A stretch of 64,000 nucleotides of DNA from Nitrospirota bacterium (GTDB taxonomy: Bacteria; Nitrospirota; UBA9217), in the NCBI GenBank assembly GCA_963751455.1, contig CAVVUN010000015.1:1216001-1280000 (forward strand), in the 5' to 3' direction. Under the pieces are notes generated by a model, which had not been told where the DNA came from, did no database searches, and saw only the letters and a program-made list of their open reading frames with translations. This document shows, piece by piece, positions 60,628 through 64,000 of the stretch (its first letter is position 1; each line of letters begins with the position of its first letter). A program made the position numbers and the translations under genes.

Positions 60628-62328
60628 ATGAAGGATACACGTGAAGACATCGAGAACGAAGAAAACGAGACGCCGAACAGACAGGGAGACCAAACTGAAT
60701 TTGCGAAACTCTATGATCAGTCGTTAAAGAGTTTTAAATCGGGAACGATTGTGCGCGGACGGTTGCTGCAGATCCGTTCGGGCGTAGTCATGCTTGATCT
60801 CGGCTACAAATCGGACGGAATAATCCCCGTTGAACAATTTACCGAAGAGGAACTGAAGGCTCTGAAACCGGGCGATGAACTTGACGTTATGCTGGAAGCG
60901 GCGGAGGATTCGAACGGAAATCTCCTGTTGTCGCGCGAGAAGGCGAAGAAGCTGCAAATCTGGGACGTGCTGAACCAGGCATATCAGACCGGCACGCCGG
61001 TAAAAGGCAAAGTTGTTTCAGCCATTAAAGGAGGGCTGAGCGTAGACATCGGCGGTGTCACCGCGTTCCTCCCGGTATCCCAGGTGGGCCTCAAACCCGC
61101 GCATAACCTTAATCAATTCTCGGGACAGGTCTGGGATTTGAAGATAATCAAAATGAATTCGGGCCGGGGCAATATTGTCCTTTCCCGTCGCGCTCTTCTC
61201 GAACACGACCAGAACATTAAAAAAGAAGAAACCCTCGCGGCGCTTGCGGAAGGCCAGATCGTGCCCGGTGTGGTCAAGAACATTACGGAGTACGGCGCGT
61301 TCGTGGATCTCGGCGGCATTGACGGTCTGCTACACATCACCGATATGTCGTGGGGAAGAATAAATCATCCGTCCGATATCTTGAAAATCGGCGACAAGAT
61401 AGAGGTAAAAGTCCTGAAGTATGACCGGGAAAAACAAAAGGTTTCGCTCGGGATAAAGCAAAAGACCGAAGACCCCTGGTTCAGGCTGGCGGAGAAGTAC
61501 CCGGTTGGATCGAGGGTGCGCGGCAGAGTGGTCAGTCTCGCTGAGTATGGGGCCTTTATCGAATTGGAGCAGGGTGTTGAAGGACTCGTACATGTCTCCG
61601 AGATGTCCTGGACCCAGAAGATCAAACACCCTTCGAAGATCGTGTCCGTGGGGGATACAGTCGAAGCACAGGTGCTCTCGATAGACCCGGCCGCTAAGCG
61701 TATCTCTTTAGGGATCAAGCAGGTTGCGCCGAATCCATGGCATACCCTGAGTGAGCGTTTTCCCATCGGTTCAGAAGTCGAAGGCAAGGTAAAAACCCTT
61801 ACCGATTTCGGCGCTTTTATCGGAATCGAAGAAGGGATCGACGGCCTTGTCCATATTTCCGACCTGTCCTGGACCAAGCATCCGAAACATCCTTCCGAAA
61901 TGCTCAAGAAAGGCCAGATACTGAAGGCGGTGGTGCTGAGCATAGATCCGCAAAAAGAGCGGATTTCGCTGGGGATCAAGCAAGTGACGGCCGACCCATG
62001 GGAAAAACTGATACCCGAGCGCTACAAAGTAGGTCAGGACGAAACGGTGAAGGTGACGAAGGTCGCTGATTTCGGAACTTTCGTGGAGCTTGAACACGGA
62101 ATCGAAGGTCTTATTCCGGCATCCGACTTTGTGAAGGAAGCGGCGCCGCTCAAGGAAGGCGAGGAAGTGACCGCCCGTGTCATAAAAGTGGACCGGGCAG
62201 AGCGCAAGGTGGCGTTGTCGGTCAAAGCCCACGTGAAGGGGAGAGACCGGTCGAGCCTGCAGGAATACATGAACCAGCAGCCGAAGCCCGACACCACGCT
62301 CGGAGCCCTGCTGAAGGAACGGAGCTGA
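60628..62328 (+). CDS. rpsA: 30S ribosomal protein S1
   Basis: Six S1 repeats (YGAFVDLGGIDGLLHITDMSW etc.). Confidence 0.96.
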   Translation: MKDTREDIENEENETPNRQGDQTEFAKLYDQSLKSFKSGTIVRGRLLQIRSGVVMLDLGYKSDGIIPVEQFTEEELKALKPGDELDVMLEAAEDSNGNLLLSREKAKKLQIWDVLNQAYQTGTPVKGKVVSAIKGGLSVDIGGVTAFLPVSQVGLKPAHNLNQFSGQVWDLKIIKMNSGRGNIVLSRRALLEHDQNIKKEETLAALAEGQIVPGVVKNITEYGAFVDLGGIDGLLHITDMSWGRINHPSDILKIGDKIEVKVLKYDREKQKVSLGIKQKTEDPWFRLAEKYPVGSRVRGRVVSLAEYGAFIELEQGVEGLVHVSEMSWTQKIKHPSKIVSVGDTVEAQVLSIDPAAKRISLGIKQVAPNPWHTLSERFPIGSEVEGKVKTLTDFGAFIGIEEGIDGLVHISDLSWTKHPKHPSEMLKKGQILKAVVLSIDPQKERISLGIKQVTADPWEKLIPERYKVGQDETVKVTKVADFGTFVELEHGIEGLIPASDFVKEAAPLKEGEEVTARVIKVDRAERKVALSVKAHVKGRDRSSLQEYMNQQPKPDTTLGALLKERS

Positions 62329-62334
62329 TCCCGC

Positions 62335-63234
62335 ATGAAGAAGAACCCGGTTCTGATCGTCCTCGCAACCGCAGCCGTTCTGGGTGCGCTTTTTTTCGCT
62401 GTACTGTTCGTTGCGGCAAAGGTTACGGGAAAAAGCACATCTGCCGGACTTCAGGTCGTCAGGTCGGACCGGGTCGCGCTCGTTAAGATAGAAGGCCTGC
62501 TTGCCTCATCGGATCCGGTCGTCGATGAACTGCATGATTACGCCGACGATTCTTCCATAAAAGCGATTGTACTCCGCATTGACAGCCCCGGCGGAGGGGT
62601 CGTGCCCTCCCAGGAGATCTACAACGCCGTGCTGTACGCCAAAAAAGAGGGCAAGAAGGTGGTCGCTTCGATGGGGTCTGTAGCCGCATCAGGAGGATAC
62701 TACGTTGCGGCGGCCGCAGACCGGATCGTAGCCAATCCCGGCACTCTGACCGGCAGCATCGGCGTAAAGATGGAATTCGCCAACCTGGAAAAGCTTCTGG
62801 AAAAAATCGGCGTGAAAGGGATGGTCGTAAAGTCAGGCGAGTACAAGGACATCGGTTCTCCGTTCAGGACTATGACGCCTGAAGAGAAAAAACTGGTCCA
62901 GGAAGTGATCGACGATGTTCAAAGCCAGTTTGTGAAGGCGGTGGCGCAAGGCCGGAAGCTGCCTGAAGCTGATGTGCGGGCAATTGCGGATGGGCGCATC
63001 TTTACCGGCCAGCAGGCGCTCGCTCTTAAACTTGTGGACGAGATGGGAGATCTTGACGACAGCATTCGGGTCGCAGGCGGAATGGCGGGCATCAAGGGGA
63101 AACCGAGCATCGTCGAAAAGAGCAAGAAGATACGGTTTCTGGATTATCTCAAAGAAGAATCGGCCTCGTGGATAGCGGATGTCGTCACAAACGCCATCGA
63201 CAAGAGTTCGGTGAAACTGCAATATCTGCGGTGA
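62335..63234 (+). CDS. sppA: Signal peptide peptidase SppA (S49)
   Basis: RIDSPGG, AASGGYY, TGSIGV, KSGEYKD. Confidence 0.93.
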   Translation: MKKNPVLIVLATAAVLGALFFAVLFVAAKVTGKSTSAGLQVVRSDRVALVKIEGLLASSDPVVDELHDYADDSSIKAIVLRIDSPGGGVVPSQEIYNAVLYAKKEGKKVVASMGSVAASGGYYVAAAADRIVANPGTLTGSIGVKMEFANLEKLLEKIGVKGMVVKSGEYKDIGSPFRTMTPEEKKLVQEVIDDVQSQFVKAVAQGRKLPEADVRAIADGRIFTGQQALALKLVDEMGDLDDSIRVAGGMAGIKGKPSIVEKSKKIRFLDYLKEESASWIADVVTNAIDKSSVKLQYLR

Positions 63235-63253
63235 GTATCGAGGAGGGGAATGA

Positions 63254-63538
63254 ATGACAAAGGCAGAGCTGGTTGATAAAATTTCCGAGAAGAAGCCGAA
63301 TTTGACCAGAAAACAGGTGGAGGTCGTCGTAAACACCGTGCTCGACGGCATCAAGGACGCCCTCTCGAGGGACGACAAGGTGGAGATACGCGGGTTCGGC
63401 AGTTTCCGTATCCGTCATCGGAGGGCCAAAGAAGGCAGGAACCCGAAGACCGGCGAGGCAGTCTCCGTCCCCCCTAAGAAAGTTCCGTTCTTCAAGGCAG
63501 GCAAGGAGATGCGGGAAATGGTGGACGGGAAAATATAG
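63254..63538 (+). CDS. ihfB: Integration host factor subunit beta / HU family
   Basis: MTKAEL, VEIRGFGSF, GRNPKTG, FKAGKEM; located after rpsA-sppA. Confidence 0.85.
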   Translation: MTKAELVDKISEKKPNLTRKQVEVVVNTVLDGIKDALSRDDKVEIRGFGSFRIRHRRAKEGRNPKTGEAVSVPPKKVPFFKAGKEMREMVDGKI

Positions 63539-64000
63539 TCATCCGTCTATCTTGATTATTCCTTTCTGGATCGAAAATTTGATCAAACCGGCGCGCGTGT
63601 GGATCCCGAGCTTTTCGCTGATATTCGTCTGGTGCGCTACGATCGTCTTCACGCTGATATTCAGCATATCGGCGGCTTCCTTGTGAGTATATCCCTCCGA
63701 GATGAGTTTCAATACCTGTTTTTCCCGGTCGGAAAGTTTTTCGTACGGCTCCTCTTCTCCAGCGTGGCTGTCTCCATGCAGATACCGGGAAACGACTTCG
63801 GAGGCCACCGCGGAATACAGGTATAATTCCCCCCGCCCGATCGCTTTTAATCCGGTTATAAGATCGCTTCCCACTGCTTTTTTTAACAGATACCCTGAAA
63901 CGCCCGCTTTGAGAAACCGCATTATATATTCCTTGTCCTCATACTGCGTCAACACGAGCACTTTTATCCCGGGCCACATTTTCTTGATTTCCAGCGTCGT
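63539..64000 (-). CDS. NarL/LuxR-family response regulator (5' end outside the window)
   Basis: REC C-terminal half (GVSGYLLK) plus LSDREKQVLKLISEG LuxR HTH. Confidence 0.9.
   Translation of the reverse strand, partial: TTLEIKKMWPGIKVLVLTQYEDKEYIMRFLKAGVSGYLLKKAVGSDLITGLKAIGRGELYLYSAVASEVVSRYLHGDSHAGEEEPYEKLSDREKQVLKLISEGYTHKEAADMLNISVKTIVAHQTNISEKLGIHTRAGLIKFSIQKGIIKIDG

Overview
Bacterial chromosomal window. The gene order and style suggest Nitrospirota or Desulfobacterota (inference only). Housekeeping blocks: V/A-type ATPase A-B-D; OsmC, phospholipase D and rubrerythrin; an SLC5-fused histidine kinase with a sigma54 response regulator; glgB-glgC; a heme-c/PAS/GGDEF/EAL sensor; and pheA-hisC-aroF-tyrA-aroA-cmk-ispH-rpsA-sppA-ihfB. 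Two things stand out. (1) An AT-richer ~16 kb island (14.2-30.1 kb) encodes a signal-peptide-bearing papain-like protease/transglutaminase-like/Rhs fusion with a candidate immunity gene, a beta-propeller-like lipoprotein, a YD-hairpin/PKD surface protein and three paralogous signal-peptide-bearing tail-fibre-like proteins whose GNVGIGT junctions are conserved at DNA level. (2) Many intergenic gaps, including gaps inside conserved operons, hold short palindromic elements. A 9-nt-periodic family also brackets a GxxExxY (PD-(D/E)XK) nuclease gene that splits a two-component operon, and several MITE-like shells with target-site duplications carry REP-like cargo. Five +1 frameshifts between 51.9 and 59.4 kb look like sequencing or assembly errors. 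No CRISPR array, rRNA or tRNA was seen.
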